Positions 1 through 9,972 of a stretch of 64,000 bases of DNA are shown here, one piece after another. Below the pieces are notes generated by a model, which had not been told where the DNA came from, did no database searches, and saw nothing but the letters and a program-made list of their open reading frames with translations. Each line of letters begins with the position of its first letter. Position 1 is the first letter of the stretch. The position numbers and the translations under genes are program-made. The stretch is taken from IMG/VR virus record IMGVR_UViG_3300042473_001265, positions 124,001-188,000 of that record. The stretch is one strand, 5' to 3'.

Positions 1-159
1 AAAAAAATTCCCTGGGTGGGCACTGTGGGCAGTGATGTCATGCGCAACGAGATTGAAGGTCCAATGGTCAGTGTGCATTTGGACCTTCCGCTACGGGTCG
101 ACGGCGTAGTGTATCAATATCTTAGAGTCAAATATAAAGAGTTACGACTACGGTCGTAA
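1..159 (+). CDS. Hypothetical protein, 3' fragment (truncated by window edge)
   Basis: Frame-1 open reading KKIPWVGTVGSD...LRLRS ending TAA at 157-159; read manually, not in ORF track. Confidence 0.6.
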   Translation, partial: KKIPWVGTVGSDVMRNEIEGPMVSVHLDLPLRVDGVVYQYLRVKYKELRLRS

Positions 160-220
160 CTGCAATAAATCTGCGGGCCATGCCCCTCAGCAGATAATTA
201 ATACAACAATAGGAAACACA

Positions 221-388
221 ATGGAAATCCAACCCAAAGATACTAGCCGCGGCCATTTTTATGTTAGTCTTGCAAAGAGTGCTATTCGTATTGTGGCAGG
301 CGGCTGTTTGATTACAGGTAATTTGCTAATGGCGGGTGTTTGCTTTATAATGGCAGAAGTGCTAGGCATTGTGGAGGAACTAGTATAA
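221..388 (+). CDS. Small hydrophobic/membrane protein, 55 aa (MEIQPKDTSRGHFYVSLAKS...AEVLGIVEELV)
   Basis: AGGAAA RBS upstream; stop overlaps next start (TAATG at 386-390); below ORF-track cutoff. Confidence 0.75.
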   Translation: MEIQPKDTSRGHFYVSLAKSAIRIVAGGCLITGNLLMAGVCFIMAEVLGIVEELV

Positions 389-1200
389 TGAAGAAAACCA
401 ACAAACCCACTTTGAAAGAAGTAACCAAAACACGCTACCACAAAAAATTCACTTACTACACCAACGATTCCATAATTGGTCGTAGTCTAAGATTGTATGG
501 CGAATATGGTCAGTCGGAAATTGATTTTTTACTTTCCATCATCAACAATATACAAAACAAGCCTGTGGTAGTGTATGATGTGGGTGCCAACATTGGTGTT
601 CATGCCACTGCATTTGCCAGCACTGGTGCTGAAGTTCATTGCTTTGAACCCAATCCGTTGAACTTTGCCATGCTGAAACAGAATACCAAAGGACTTGCCA
701 ATGTCACTTTGCACAACCTAGCAGCTACCAATGTGGCCGGTGACATTTTGATTCAGACATTTGATCCTGAAATTGTGGGCAACTACGGCGAGATGCTGAT
801 CAACAACGAGACCGGAGTCAGCGCACAGGCAGCACGGTTGGATGATACGGATATACCGCTGCCAAATCTGATTAAAATTGATGCCGAAGGTTCTGAACTG
901 GGTGTTATACAGGGCTGTCTTGAAAGCATTAAAAAGAACTTGCCATTGATCTACTACGAAGCACAGGAGTCTCCGCACCTGGACAAGATCTACCGCATGC
1001 TGACCGACATTGGCTATCACTTGTACTGGGGGTGTATTCGCAATTACAATCCTGACAATTTTAAAACCAACGCCGACAACATCTTTGGAAACAGTGCATT
1101 GTTCAGTGTGGTTGCTGTTCCTCCTGGATGGGCCGCTGTGGAAGGATTAGACCCTGTGATTGACGCCAATGACAGCTGGCGGCGCTTTTTATCTGAATGA
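388..1200 (+). CDS. FkbM-family SAM-dependent methyltransferase
   Basis: DVGANIGVH, FEPNP, IKIDAEGSE motifs; start moved to the TAATG-coupled ATG at 388. Confidence 0.9.
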   Translation: MKKTNKPTLKEVTKTRYHKKFTYYTNDSIIGRSLRLYGEYGQSEIDFLLSIINNIQNKPVVVYDVGANIGVHATAFASTGAEVHCFEPNPLNFAMLKQNTKGLANVTLHNLAATNVAGDILIQTFDPEIVGNYGEMLINNETGVSAQAARLDDTDIPLPNLIKIDAEGSELGVIQGCLESIKKNLPLIYYEAQESPHLDKIYRMLTDIGYHLYWGCIRNYNPDNFKTNADNIFGNSALFSVVAVPPGWAAVEGLDPVIDANDSWRRFLSE

Positions 1201-1225
1201 TCAATTTGCTCTAATTGGCCAAATA

Positions 1226-1259
1226 AGCAGTGAAAAACATTTTCACTGCTGTTTTTTTT
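1226..1259 (+). terminator. Rho-independent terminator
   Basis: AGCAGTGAAAA-ACA-TTTTCACTGCT stem followed by GTTTTTTTT. Confidence 0.8.
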
Positions 1260-1261
1260 AT

Positions 1262-1267
1262 TAAATA
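1262..1267 (+). promoter_or_regulatory. Putative late promoter (TAAATA), probably leaderless
   Basis: TAAATA 5 nt upstream of ATG 1273, no SD; resembles T4 late TATAAATA. Confidence 0.45.
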
Positions 1268-1272
1268 TCTGT

Positions 1273-1476
1273 ATGGAAAATAAAGAAATTACCATTGCTG
1301 ACTTGAATCTGTTGAAAAACATCATAGATCTTGCCAGTACCCGCGGCGCATTTCGTGCAGCGGAAATGAAAGAAGTAGGCGAAGTTTACAACAAACTCAC
1401 TGCCTTTTTAGAAGCTGTAGTAGCACAAGCCAAGGCCCAGGAAGAATCCCAGGCCAGTCAAACACAAGGAGAGTAA
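1273..1476 (+). CDS. Hypothetical protein, 67 aa
   Basis: ORF track; GGAG RBS for the next gene at its 3' end. Confidence 0.75.
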   Translation: MENKEITIADLNLLKNIIDLASTRGAFRAAEMKEVGEVYNKLTAFLEAVVAQAKAQEESQASQTQGE

Positions 1477-1478
1477 CA

Positions 1479-2246
1479 ATGGCATTTATGAAACACGTTG
1501 GTAAACACGGTGATCGCAAGGTCTGCATCGTATACCGTCAGGTCCCCGGAGATGATCACATGTGTCTAGTGATTTATCCAGAAACTCTACACGCACACTG
1601 GCAAGATGCTGTGCAAAAAGTTTTAGAAAGCGACATTGGACAAGCTGCTGAAGAATTTGCAGATGCATTGCATCGCAGTTATCTTCCAGATGGTCGCCCA
1701 ATCCTCGAAACATTGCATGTGGAACGAATGATAAAGAAAATTCGCACTGCCGATGTGCTGGTTACACCAACTGGTGCAGCAAAACTTCGTTTAGATGAAC
1801 TGAACAAAATGCTGAACGAAATGAAACAAGGCGATGCAGCCATCAAAAGACTGGCAGAGAATGACGCCAGTCGCGGTATGGTTGCTCCTGATGTCAAACG
1901 CAAGGCCGAAGCAGAATACAAAGCAAGTCAAGCAGCCAAGGCTGCACCTGGTTACACTGCTCCACCTGTGTTGCGAGCCGGTGAAAATGGTGTGTTGAGT
2001 GATCGCGATATTGCTTCCAACATGTTGGCACAAGCACAGTCCATGGAAGCCAATGCCAAAGCAATGATTGCTGAAGCAGCCAAAATGAAAAAAGATGCTG
2101 AAAAAATGGACCCAACAGTCAAACGCCCCAGCACTGCCAAGTTAGCGTTTGGCGAAACCCCAGCAAAGGTCGAACAAGCTGCGCCAGCTCGTCGCACTCG
2201 TGGCCCTAACAAAGTCAAGACTGCGGTGGCTGATGGAGCCAAATGA
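1479..2246 (+). CDS. Hypothetical protein (globular N-terminus, coiled-coil/low-complexity C-terminus)
   Basis: ORF track 255 aa; AGGAGAG RBS. Confidence 0.8.
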   Translation: MAFMKHVGKHGDRKVCIVYRQVPGDDHMCLVIYPETLHAHWQDAVQKVLESDIGQAAEEFADALHRSYLPDGRPILETLHVERMIKKIRTADVLVTPTGAAKLRLDELNKMLNEMKQGDAAIKRLAENDASRGMVAPDVKRKAEAEYKASQAAKAAPGYTAPPVLRAGENGVLSDRDIASNMLAQAQSMEANAKAMIAEAAKMKKDAEKMDPTVKRPSTAKLAFGETPAKVEQAAPARRTRGPNKVKTAVADGAK

Positions 2247-2538
2247 CGACTTCATTGCTGCGTGGGAACACATAATTGCTGACATAACAAAAACTGACGT
2301 TCCACTAGAATGTATCAAAAAGGTAATACTTAAACTACATGGTGGCCGTCAAAAAACTTTCAACTTGAATTCACTTCAGAAGCAAGGTATGAGCATAGAT
2401 GAAATTGAAACCATGCTTACTCGTACCTTTTTAGAACTGGATAAAGAAATTAGAGATGTAGATTTTGTTGTGGATGTAGTGGCTGTTGCCAATCTTGTTC
2501 AACCAGAAACCAATAAAATATTAAACAAACTCAAATGA
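2233..2538 (+). CDS. Hypothetical protein
   Basis: Start moved to ATG 2233 (MEPNDDF); ATGA coupling to thyX. Confidence 0.7.
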   Translation: MEPNDDFIAAWEHIIADITKTDVPLECIKKVILKLHGGRQKTFNLNSLQKQGMSIDEIETMLTRTFLELDKEIRDVDFVVDVVAVANLVQPETNKILNKLK

Positions 2539-3227
2539 ATGTTAAACTTGTATCCTACAGTCAGCCAACCGCAGAATTTGCCAACCTGGGCGTGGGCGAT
2601 GCCCAAGAGCTCATTGCGTATTGCGCCCGTGTCAGCAATCCTGCCAGTCAAGTCAACACAGAAACAAGTGAGCGACTCATTCGATATTTGGTCAAACACC
2701 AACACTGGAGCCCACTTGAAATGGTCTCGGCCTGTTGTGAAATCGTCACCACCCGCGACATCGCCAGACAGATTCTTCGTCACAGAAGTTTCAGCTTCCA
2801 AGAGTTCTCCCAACGATATGCTGATCCTACAGCTGAACTCGACGAAGCGTTTGTGCTACGTGAGGCACGATTCCAAGACACCAAAAACAGACAAAACAGC
2901 ATAGAACTGGACATGGCCGACGAACAGCAAAAGCTGCTGGCATATGAATGGGAACGAGCACAGAAGCGTGTGTTGTTCAGCGTCAAACAAGAATACTCCT
3001 GGGCCATTGCCAATGGCATTGCCAAAGAACAAGCTCGGGCTGTGCTGCCAGAAGGACTCACTGTGAGTCGCATGTACATGAACGGTACCTTGCGTAGCTG
3101 GATACACTACATGGAATTAAGAAGTGCAAATGGCACACAACGAGAACACATGGACATTGCTCGTGCATGTGCTCAGGCCATTGCAGCAATCTTCCCTATG
3201 ACTTCCGCTCTGGTTGCTAGCAACTGA
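2535..3227 (+). CDS. thyX: Flavin-dependent thymidylate synthase
   Basis: RHRSFSFQEFSQRY ThyX motif, HWSPLE, AKEQARAVLP, TQREH. Confidence 0.95.
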   Translation: MNVKLVSYSQPTAEFANLGVGDAQELIAYCARVSNPASQVNTETSERLIRYLVKHQHWSPLEMVSACCEIVTTRDIARQILRHRSFSFQEFSQRYADPTAELDEAFVLREARFQDTKNRQNSIELDMADEQQKLLAYEWERAQKRVLFSVKQEYSWAIANGIAKEQARAVLPEGLTVSRMYMNGTLRSWIHYMELRSANGTQREHMDIARACAQAIAAIFPMTSALVASN

Positions 3228-3242
3228 CTATTGTGCTATACT
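3214..3242 (+). promoter_or_regulatory. Sigma70-type promoter, likely leaderless
   Basis: TTGCTA-17 bp-TATACT with extended -10 TG; ATG 5 nt downstream. Confidence 0.55.
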
Positions 3243-3247
3243 AGCGT

Positions 3248-3580
3248 ATGGCAATTGTACACAACAAACAAGACGAATACAAGCACCGACGTGCTGCTGA
3301 GACTAAAATCGTAGACGGCAGGCCAGTGCGTTTTCGTGATGTATGTGTGCATACAATTAAAATGGGCGATGTAGAGGATCCGGACATATATGTTGCTGCA
3401 CCAATCTGGGAGTGGCAACAAACAAACGCAGGTAAGTTTGTGATGGAGCATGCTGTGGGCAAACCTTACTGGATTCAGCAGCCGGATTACGCAAGCTACC
3501 ACCTGTTGTATCGTATCATGGCACGACTCAGCGAACAGAATGAAACATTTTGGAGACTCAAATGGGACGGAATCAAGTGA
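3248..3580 (+). CDS. Hypothetical protein
   Basis: ORF track 110 aa, directly after the promoter. Confidence 0.75.
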   Translation: MAIVHNKQDEYKHRRAAETKIVDGRPVRFRDVCVHTIKMGDVEDPDIYVAAPIWEWQQTNAGKFVMEHAVGKPYWIQQPDYASYHLLYRIMARLSEQNETFWRLKWDGIK

Positions 3581-3858
3581 TAGAGTATATTGATGCAGAA
3601 GTGTATGCCGTTGCAGAAGTCATGCCAAGGTCACCTGTGCGGAAACAGGTATGGAATGGTGAACGGTTTGTGCCAATCCTATTGTACAGGATAAAAGGAT
3701 ATCCAGGCATGGCTGCAGAAAACTGGTTGCTGAAAAATTTTGGTCACGCAGGAATACATCGAGACGGAACATACTGGGACTACAGCAGCGCCGGGGACTT
3801 TATGTTGATGGATGAAAAAGTATATACATGGTATCAAATGAAATGGGGCAACCGATGA
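3577..3858 (+). CDS. Hypothetical protein
   Basis: GTGA overlap with previous stop; C-terminus (..YQMKW) resembles the previous gene's (..WRLKW). Confidence 0.65.
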   Translation: MIEYIDAEVYAVAEVMPRSPVRKQVWNGERFVPILLYRIKGYPGMAAENWLLKNFGHAGIHRDGTYWDYSSAGDFMLMDEKVYTWYQMKWGNR

Positions 3859-4823
3859 AAGTATTAATAACTGGCGGACTAGGACTGATCGGACACAATG
3901 TGGCAGCTCGTTTGCAGCAGCGTGAAGACACTGTAAGCATTGTGGATAGTCAAACCACCTACGGTATTATTCCGCGTGAAGAAGTTGACTATTTGATCGG
4001 TGAGCGTCTTAAAAAACTAGCACCGTGTAGTCACTATCATGACTACATTGAAAATGCAGATCGCATGGATGCCATTGTTGCTGCTGAAACTCCAGAAGTG
4101 ATCATACACTGTGCCAGCTTTCCCAGACAAAAAGTAGTCAATGCTAACCCTGCATACGCTGCTGATGTCATGATGCGTGGCTTGATCAATCTGCTTGAGA
4201 GTGCCAAAAAGCACAAGGTCAAGAGATTTGTGTACATGTCCAGCAGCATGGTCTACGGTGATTTTACAGATCAAGTGCTGGAAGATGACGAATGCAGACC
4301 GCAAGGGCAATATGGCATCATGAAGTTGGCAGGAGAATGGTTGGTCAAGGACTATGCTCGCAGAACCGGCATGGAGTATGTGATACTTCGGCCCAGTGCT
4401 GTGTACGGACCTCTTGATGTGGAGGATCGTGTGGTGGCCAAGTTCATGCTGACAGCCATGCGTGGCGGTGTGCTGAAAGTCAACGGTGCAGGCGAAACAC
4501 TGGACTTTACCTATGTGGATGATGCTGCGGATGGTGTGGTTGCTGCTGCAACTAGAATCATGAGTGCTAACCGAACATACAACATTACCAAATCACATTC
4601 AGTGAGCCTGTTACAAGCAGCCGAAATGATTGTGAAGATTGTGGGCAAGGGCACTATTGAATGTCGCGATAAAGATGCAGACTTTCCCAGCCGCGGAGCA
4701 CTGAACATTGATCGTGCAAGAGCCATCCTGGGCTTTGATCCCCGAGTAGACGTTGAACAAGGATTCCAAAATTACTATGAGTGGCTTTCAAATAGCGTTT
4801 ACTGGTCTACAAAGACAGTATAA
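3855..4823 (+). CDS. NAD-dependent nucleotide-sugar epimerase/dehydratase (extended SDR)
   Basis: GGLGLIG Rossmann motif, SSSMVYG, YGIMK (YxxxK), RPSAVYGP, DFTYVDD; ATGA-coupled start. Confidence 0.92.
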   Translation: MKVLITGGLGLIGHNVAARLQQREDTVSIVDSQTTYGIIPREEVDYLIGERLKKLAPCSHYHDYIENADRMDAIVAAETPEVIIHCASFPRQKVVNANPAYAADVMMRGLINLLESAKKHKVKRFVYMSSSMVYGDFTDQVLEDDECRPQGQYGIMKLAGEWLVKDYARRTGMEYVILRPSAVYGPLDVEDRVVAKFMLTAMRGGVLKVNGAGETLDFTYVDDAADGVVAAATRIMSANRTYNITKSHSVSLLQAAEMIVKIVGKGTIECRDKDADFPSRGALNIDRARAILGFDPRVDVEQGFQNYYEWLSNSVYWSTKTV

Positions 4824-5871
4824 CAATCTCAGAGAGGAGATACTGGATGCAACGGACCAGGTTCTAGCATCTGGCAATCTCATGAACGGCCAGTTCACTC
4901 AACAGTTTGAGGAATGGTTGGCTCAAAAGAATCATACCAATTATGCAGTACTGTGTCATTCAGGAACGCAGGCCTTGGAAATACTTGCTGGCTATTACCG
5001 CCCAGGCCGCACAGAGCATAAGCTGTATCTCCAGACAACCCCGCCCACAATATTGATTCCTGCCATGACGTTCCCTGCTAGTGCAAATGCATTTGTACGA
5101 GCAGGGTGGAACATACACTTGATTGACACTGATGCATATGGCAACATGAAATTCAGTAACATTCCGCCGGATCTGGATTACCAAGCTATACTTGGCATTG
5201 GATTGTATGGTTCAGCATTGCACGACAGTCTACGCCGTATTAGGCCGTTGATAATTGAAGATGCAGCACAACACTGGTTATCTAACAATTGCCATCGTGT
5301 GGGCGAAGCTAGTGCTATCAGTTTTGATCCCATGAAAAATCTAAACAACTACGGCAACGGTGGTGCTGTGGTCACAGACGATCATAATCTATGTGACTAT
5401 GCCCGTAACTGGTGTGACAACGGCAAACGATCTGGTCATACACAAACAGGCACTAACTCACGCATGAGTGAAGTAGACTGTGCGCAAATGATGGTCAAGA
5501 CTGTGTACCTGGCTCAATGGCAAGCTCGCAGAGAAAGCATTGCACGGCGTTACATAGCGGCATTTCGAGATGCACCGTTCCGTTGTCTAATTGACGACTC
5601 AAATGTGTTCGCTCACTGTTTCCACAAGTTTGTCATTGACACCAGCAATCGAGATCAATTACAAGTTGATCTACAGTCTGCGGGCATAGAGACTCGGGTG
5701 CATTATAAACATCCACTACACGAACTAGATGCATATCAACAGTATGCTGGGCCCAGTCTTCTCAGTGCTGCAAGTTCATTGAGTAGACGAGCGCTGAGTT
5801 TACCAATTTATCCTGAGTTAACGGATAGTGAAGTGGACTATGTTATAGATCAGGTACTAAGCTGCGTTTGA
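4777..5871 (+). CDS. DegT/DnrJ/EryC1/StrS PLP-dependent sugar aminotransferase
   Basis: SGTQAL, IEDAAQ, SFDPMKNL (PLP lysine), GNGGAVVT, GTNSRMSE, LSLPIYP. Confidence 0.92.
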   Translation: MSGFQIAFTGLQRQYNNLREEILDATDQVLASGNLMNGQFTQQFEEWLAQKNHTNYAVLCHSGTQALEILAGYYRPGRTEHKLYLQTTPPTILIPAMTFPASANAFVRAGWNIHLIDTDAYGNMKFSNIPPDLDYQAILGIGLYGSALHDSLRRIRPLIIEDAAQHWLSNNCHRVGEASAISFDPMKNLNNYGNGGAVVTDDHNLCDYARNWCDNGKRSGHTQTGTNSRMSEVDCAQMMVKTVYLAQWQARRESIARRYIAAFRDAPFRCLIDDSNVFAHCFHKFVIDTSNRDQLQVDLQSAGIETRVHYKHPLHELDAYQQYAGPSLLSAASSLSRRALSLPIYPELTDSEVDYVIDQVLSCV

Positions 5872-7663
5872 CGAACGCATAGCTGGCCAGCCACGCCCAT
5901 TCATAGCTCTTTCGAAGAGCTGCAAAATCCCCGTCAACTTCATTGTAGTATTCAACAGCATCCTCTGCACCCCAACGACTCCATTCTTCGTTGACCTGTA
6001 TTCGAGTCATGTTGTCAATGTTAATCCACTGTTTGATTCGATATTCATTTTCCACGTCAGGTAAACTGGCTTTGAGTTTTAGCACTTCGCGGAATGCAGT
6101 GCGCCAGCACAACCAGGCTGAAGTATTGTAGTATGCTATTCCGCTCAAGATGGGCACTACTTCGTGTGGCGAATCCAATGTGAAGTCTAGTCCAACACCA
6201 GGGTTGTCTAGCACCAATTGCCGGTTGTAGGCAATCATGGCCTGGTGACCATACACCAATCCATTCACAGGATTCTTTGCGTGAAAGATATAGTGCTTGG
6301 CTTGTTGCATGCGATCTGGTTGCCACTCAAAGTCAAAGTCGATATCAACTGCCAGCTTGGCAAACACAGCAAAGAACCAGGGTGTGGTGCTGGCCTGAGC
6401 CGCTGCATGATATGCTGCTGCTCGTCCATTGATGTTGTCTACTCGTACTGTGCGATTTTTCTTGGGCAACAAACTCAATCGCTTCCAATTGACTTCTGCG
6501 TTGGGCTCACCATTGCTGATAAACACAATATCCAACAGTTGATCTTTAAGCATGCGGTGCGTCTTGTCCACATAAGGATAATCGTATAGTTGTGTTTGAA
6601 TATGGCCAACTGCTGCTCTGGGCACAATCACACTGGTTGCACCTGGACTCAGCGGCACAATTGTTTTGGTTTCTGAACGCCACAATGGAACTGTGACTAA
6701 ATCGCCTGTTACATAGTCGGTGTTGGTAAATGTAGCAAGAGGACCAGACCAGCTGGAGTTTTTGACTGCGTCAACATGACTGTCGTTGTGATGTTCTATC
6801 ACAGGCATGGGCCTACGCGGAACAGATGTTTCAATAAAGTTTAAAGCATACCAATCTAACAATTCAATTTGATCTACTCTGTGCTGGAATGTGGGAACAT
6901 GCATGTAGAATGTGTCGCCAAACTTGTTGCTGCCGCTGGCAAATACATGCAGCATAGTGGCTTGCCATACTTCGGGATGCCACGAAAAATCAAAGTTTGA
7001 ATAATCACACACACTGCTGCATATCCACACATGTTCGTGTTCTGGCGGAATGCTTTTGGCCAGTCGTCGTAGTGTATCCAAATAGTTGTCAAAATATCTG
7101 ACACTGCGTGTGGTGTTTGGTATACGGCCAGCATTGCCGTCCATATGATCAATTTCATATATCGCAGTTGCTACTTTACGAGTTTTGATTTTTATCTGAT
7201 CAACATACTTTGTATCAGTTGCAGCGGGCATGCAACATTGTGGACCACCGGTTCGTTGATGCTGTGTGCCAAACTGATATATGTACGGAGGTTCAGTGTC
7301 ATCTGGATGCCATGTCCAATCAAATGTTGATACATCGGCTCCGTCAGGAACAGTCCATACGCCTTCAATTTTACCAATCCTAGGTACCAGTGTTTCTGTA
7401 CGATAATGTGTTTCAGTATAGCCCTGTTTGGGCACTAAATATGTACCGCTGCTCTTTTGCCATTGGCTGGGCCAGGCATGACGCTGATGCGCTTGCCATG
7501 GCACAGGTTCCCAAAGAAAATCAAAGTCTGCATAGTCCGATAAGTAATTTACAAACCAAAAGAAACGAGTACGACTCTGCTGTTGTGCTTGCTCAATGGT
7601 ATCTACTGCCTGCTCATGAGCGAACAAATTGGGTTTAGATCCAGAATAAAATACATCAAACAT
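5843..7663 (-). CDS. Glycosyltransferase-like protein with four FD[FW]xWxP repeat modules
   Basis: C-terminal domain (DIVFISNGEPNA..RVDNING..AYHAAA..NPVNGLVYG..WRTAFRE) paralogous to 22695-23621. Confidence 0.6.
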   Translation of the reverse strand: MFDVFYSGSKPNLFAHEQAVDTIEQAQQQSRTRFFWFVNYLSDYADFDFLWEPVPWQAHQRHAWPSQWQKSSGTYLVPKQGYTETHYRTETLVPRIGKIEGVWTVPDGADVSTFDWTWHPDDTEPPYIYQFGTQHQRTGGPQCCMPAATDTKYVDQIKIKTRKVATAIYEIDHMDGNAGRIPNTTRSVRYFDNYLDTLRRLAKSIPPEHEHVWICSSVCDYSNFDFSWHPEVWQATMLHVFASGSNKFGDTFYMHVPTFQHRVDQIELLDWYALNFIETSVPRRPMPVIEHHNDSHVDAVKNSSWSGPLATFTNTDYVTGDLVTVPLWRSETKTIVPLSPGATSVIVPRAAVGHIQTQLYDYPYVDKTHRMLKDQLLDIVFISNGEPNAEVNWKRLSLLPKKNRTVRVDNINGRAAAYHAAAQASTTPWFFAVFAKLAVDIDFDFEWQPDRMQQAKHYIFHAKNPVNGLVYGHQAMIAYNRQLVLDNPGVGLDFTLDSPHEVVPILSGIAYYNTSAWLCWRTAFREVLKLKASLPDVENEYRIKQWINIDNMTRIQVNEEWSRWGAEDAVEYYNEVDGDFAALRKSYEWAWLASYAFVKRSLVPDL

Positions 7664-8795
7664 GATTAGAATAGACGAGATTTACAATAATATTTTTTGG
7701 CCTTGGCTGCAAAAAAATAAGCCAGGTACAAGATTGTTTTTTTGTGATCCACCGGGCTCTACTAGCCCTGACTCTCTATTTAACTTAGGGAACGATGACA
7801 TTGTAGAAACCGACTATGTGTGGATGCACGACCAAGAACCTTGTTGGGTAGATGACTATTCGTCATTATTTGACGAGATAAAAATACGCAATGAGGACAT
7901 AGGCGGACATTGGAATGAAGACGGTACAAAATGGATTGAAATTTTTCCAAATCCTAGCGGGCATGTTGTTGTTAGCGAACAAGGCGAATATGTCGAACAA
8001 CTGTGTAAAAAGTACGGCTGGAAAAGTCATTATTATTTTTATCATGGCTGGGCTTGTCAGGACTGGTTTCGTGGCTACGATAAATCATTTCTAATTCCCA
8101 GAGCAAGAGACCGCGCACCTACAAAAACTTTCATGAGTCCCAATCGAATTGTGGGCGGACGTCGTGATCATCGTGTGTTGTTTTTGTATAACATATTTAA
8201 ACAGCAGTTGGAGCATAATCATATCAGTGCGCCACGAGTTTGTCAATTTGAAAATGTTGACATAAGTCAAGTGGCCCGTAAGTATTGTAACACATACCCA
8301 GACATTTTGCAAGTGTTTGAACAGGCTACATTGCCCAGACTATTTGCAGGTGAAGAATCGCAACAGATGACCAGCTGTTGGCTCACAAACTTTAGTGAAG
8401 CACAAGACAGTTTGGTGTATGTGCCAACTGAAACAGTTTATTTTGGCCGTAGAACACACATAACAGAAAAAACATTCAAAGCCATTGCTTTAGAAATGCC
8501 GTTTGTGTTGGTTGCGCCAGCGCACAGTTTAGAGTACATGCGCAGTTACGGATTTAAAACATTTGATGGTATTTTTGATGAAAGCTATGATCTTGAGACT
8601 GACGATATACTACGAGTGGAAAAAGTCACCCAGGTGTTAAAAGATCTAGACAATCTTAGTGATCAAGAACGACAACAAATACATCGTGCATGCATACCCA
8701 TAGTGGAACACAATTTTAGACATTTTTATCGTGGTGGCCTATCACATGTGTTGTGGGCAGAATTAACCGGAATGCTGGATGGGCTACTCAAATAA
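7662..8795 (+). CDS. Putative glycosyltransferase (GT10/fucosyltransferase-like TEK motif)
   Basis: VPTETVY..ITEKTFKAI..PFVLV..GFKTF..DESYD; paralog of 8779-9972 and 20180-21286. Confidence 0.5.
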   Translation: MIRIDEIYNNIFWPWLQKNKPGTRLFFCDPPGSTSPDSLFNLGNDDIVETDYVWMHDQEPCWVDDYSSLFDEIKIRNEDIGGHWNEDGTKWIEIFPNPSGHVVVSEQGEYVEQLCKKYGWKSHYYFYHGWACQDWFRGYDKSFLIPRARDRAPTKTFMSPNRIVGGRRDHRVLFLYNIFKQQLEHNHISAPRVCQFENVDISQVARKYCNTYPDILQVFEQATLPRLFAGEESQQMTSCWLTNFSEAQDSLVYVPTETVYFGRRTHITEKTFKAIALEMPFVLVAPAHSLEYMRSYGFKTFDGIFDESYDLETDDILRVEKVTQVLKDLDNLSDQERQQIHRACIPIVEHNFRHFYRGGLSHVLWAELTGMLDGLLK

Positions 8796-9972
8796 CTTTG
8801 TAGCCAACTGTATTGTCAAAGGCAAAGCATATCCAGAATTGGCACAGTGGTCTGCTGATCCTTACACTCCTGCTTGGAGACAATTTGTTCAGCACTGGCC
8901 CAATACAGTGCCTGTTGAACTGTATGAACATTTTAATACACATGGCATTGACTATAACTTGTGCGATATTAACAAAGCAGATGGCGCTGCGGTACCATAC
9001 TACGCTATAGGCATAGGATTTTTTAACTTTGATGTTGATTACTTTGAATTAATGTCGTCTACAACTCGTCAGCAATTGCAGCAAGAACAATTGACTGTGT
9101 TGTTCTACTATCACGAAGGCGATAATCCGTATCATATCAACCAGCGGCTAGATGAACTGTGTCAACGTCATTTGTTACCGCCAAATTGTTACCGGTTCGT
9201 CAGTGGCAACACAGCGGCCGACAATATCAAAAACTTTGTGTACTTTCCAGATCACGAACTGTTATACTGGCATCGCAATCAGCAAATTGCTCCAACCCCC
9301 ATACACTACCATCATCGAACACACAATTTTACTGTGCTCAGCAGAACACACAAGTGGTGGCGAGCCACTGTGATGACTGACCTACATCGTGCAGGACTAT
9401 TAGAAAACAGCTACTGGAGTTACGGAACTGAGATAGCATTGGATGAGTCCGAAACAGACAATCCCATTGAAGTAGATACATTGGGCATTCGTTCTGACAT
9501 TGCAGAATTTTTATCCAATGGTCCATACACTTGTGATGCAAAAACTGCATCACAACATAACGATCATCACTTGATTGAAACTGACCACTACACAGAAAGT
9601 TACTGCAACATTGTGCTGGAAACACATTTTGATGCTGACGGATCTGGTGGCGCATTTCTTACTGAAAAAACATTCAAAGCAATCAAACACGGTCAACCTT
9701 TTGTTGTTGTTGGCTGCCCGGGAAGTTTGGCAGCACTGAGAAAATTGGGTTACAGGACATTTGACCATGCTATCGACAACAGTTATGATGCCATAACAGA
9801 CAACACTCAACGCTGGACAGCAATCAAAGCAGCAATAACCAAATTAAAGTCGCAAGACTTGCATGCCTGGTTTGAATCTTGTAGAAGTGATATTGAACAC
9901 AACCAACAGTTATTTTGCAGCACAAAAGTGGACAGATTAAATACCCTATTAGAAAGATTATGTAATGATTAA
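8779..9972 (+). CDS. Putative glycosyltransferase (GT10-like TEK motif)
   Basis: IVLETHF..LTEKTFKAI..PFVVVG..GYRTF..DNSYD. Confidence 0.5.
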   Translation: MGYSNNFVANCIVKGKAYPELAQWSADPYTPAWRQFVQHWPNTVPVELYEHFNTHGIDYNLCDINKADGAAVPYYAIGIGFFNFDVDYFELMSSTTRQQLQQEQLTVLFYYHEGDNPYHINQRLDELCQRHLLPPNCYRFVSGNTAADNIKNFVYFPDHELLYWHRNQQIAPTPIHYHHRTHNFTVLSRTHKWWRATVMTDLHRAGLLENSYWSYGTEIALDESETDNPIEVDTLGIRSDIAEFLSNGPYTCDAKTASQHNDHHLIETDHYTESYCNIVLETHFDADGSGGAFLTEKTFKAIKHGQPFVVVGCPGSLAALRKLGYRTFDHAIDNSYDAITDNTQRWTAIKAAITKLKSQDLHAWFESCRSDIEHNQQLFCSTKVDRLNTLLERLCND

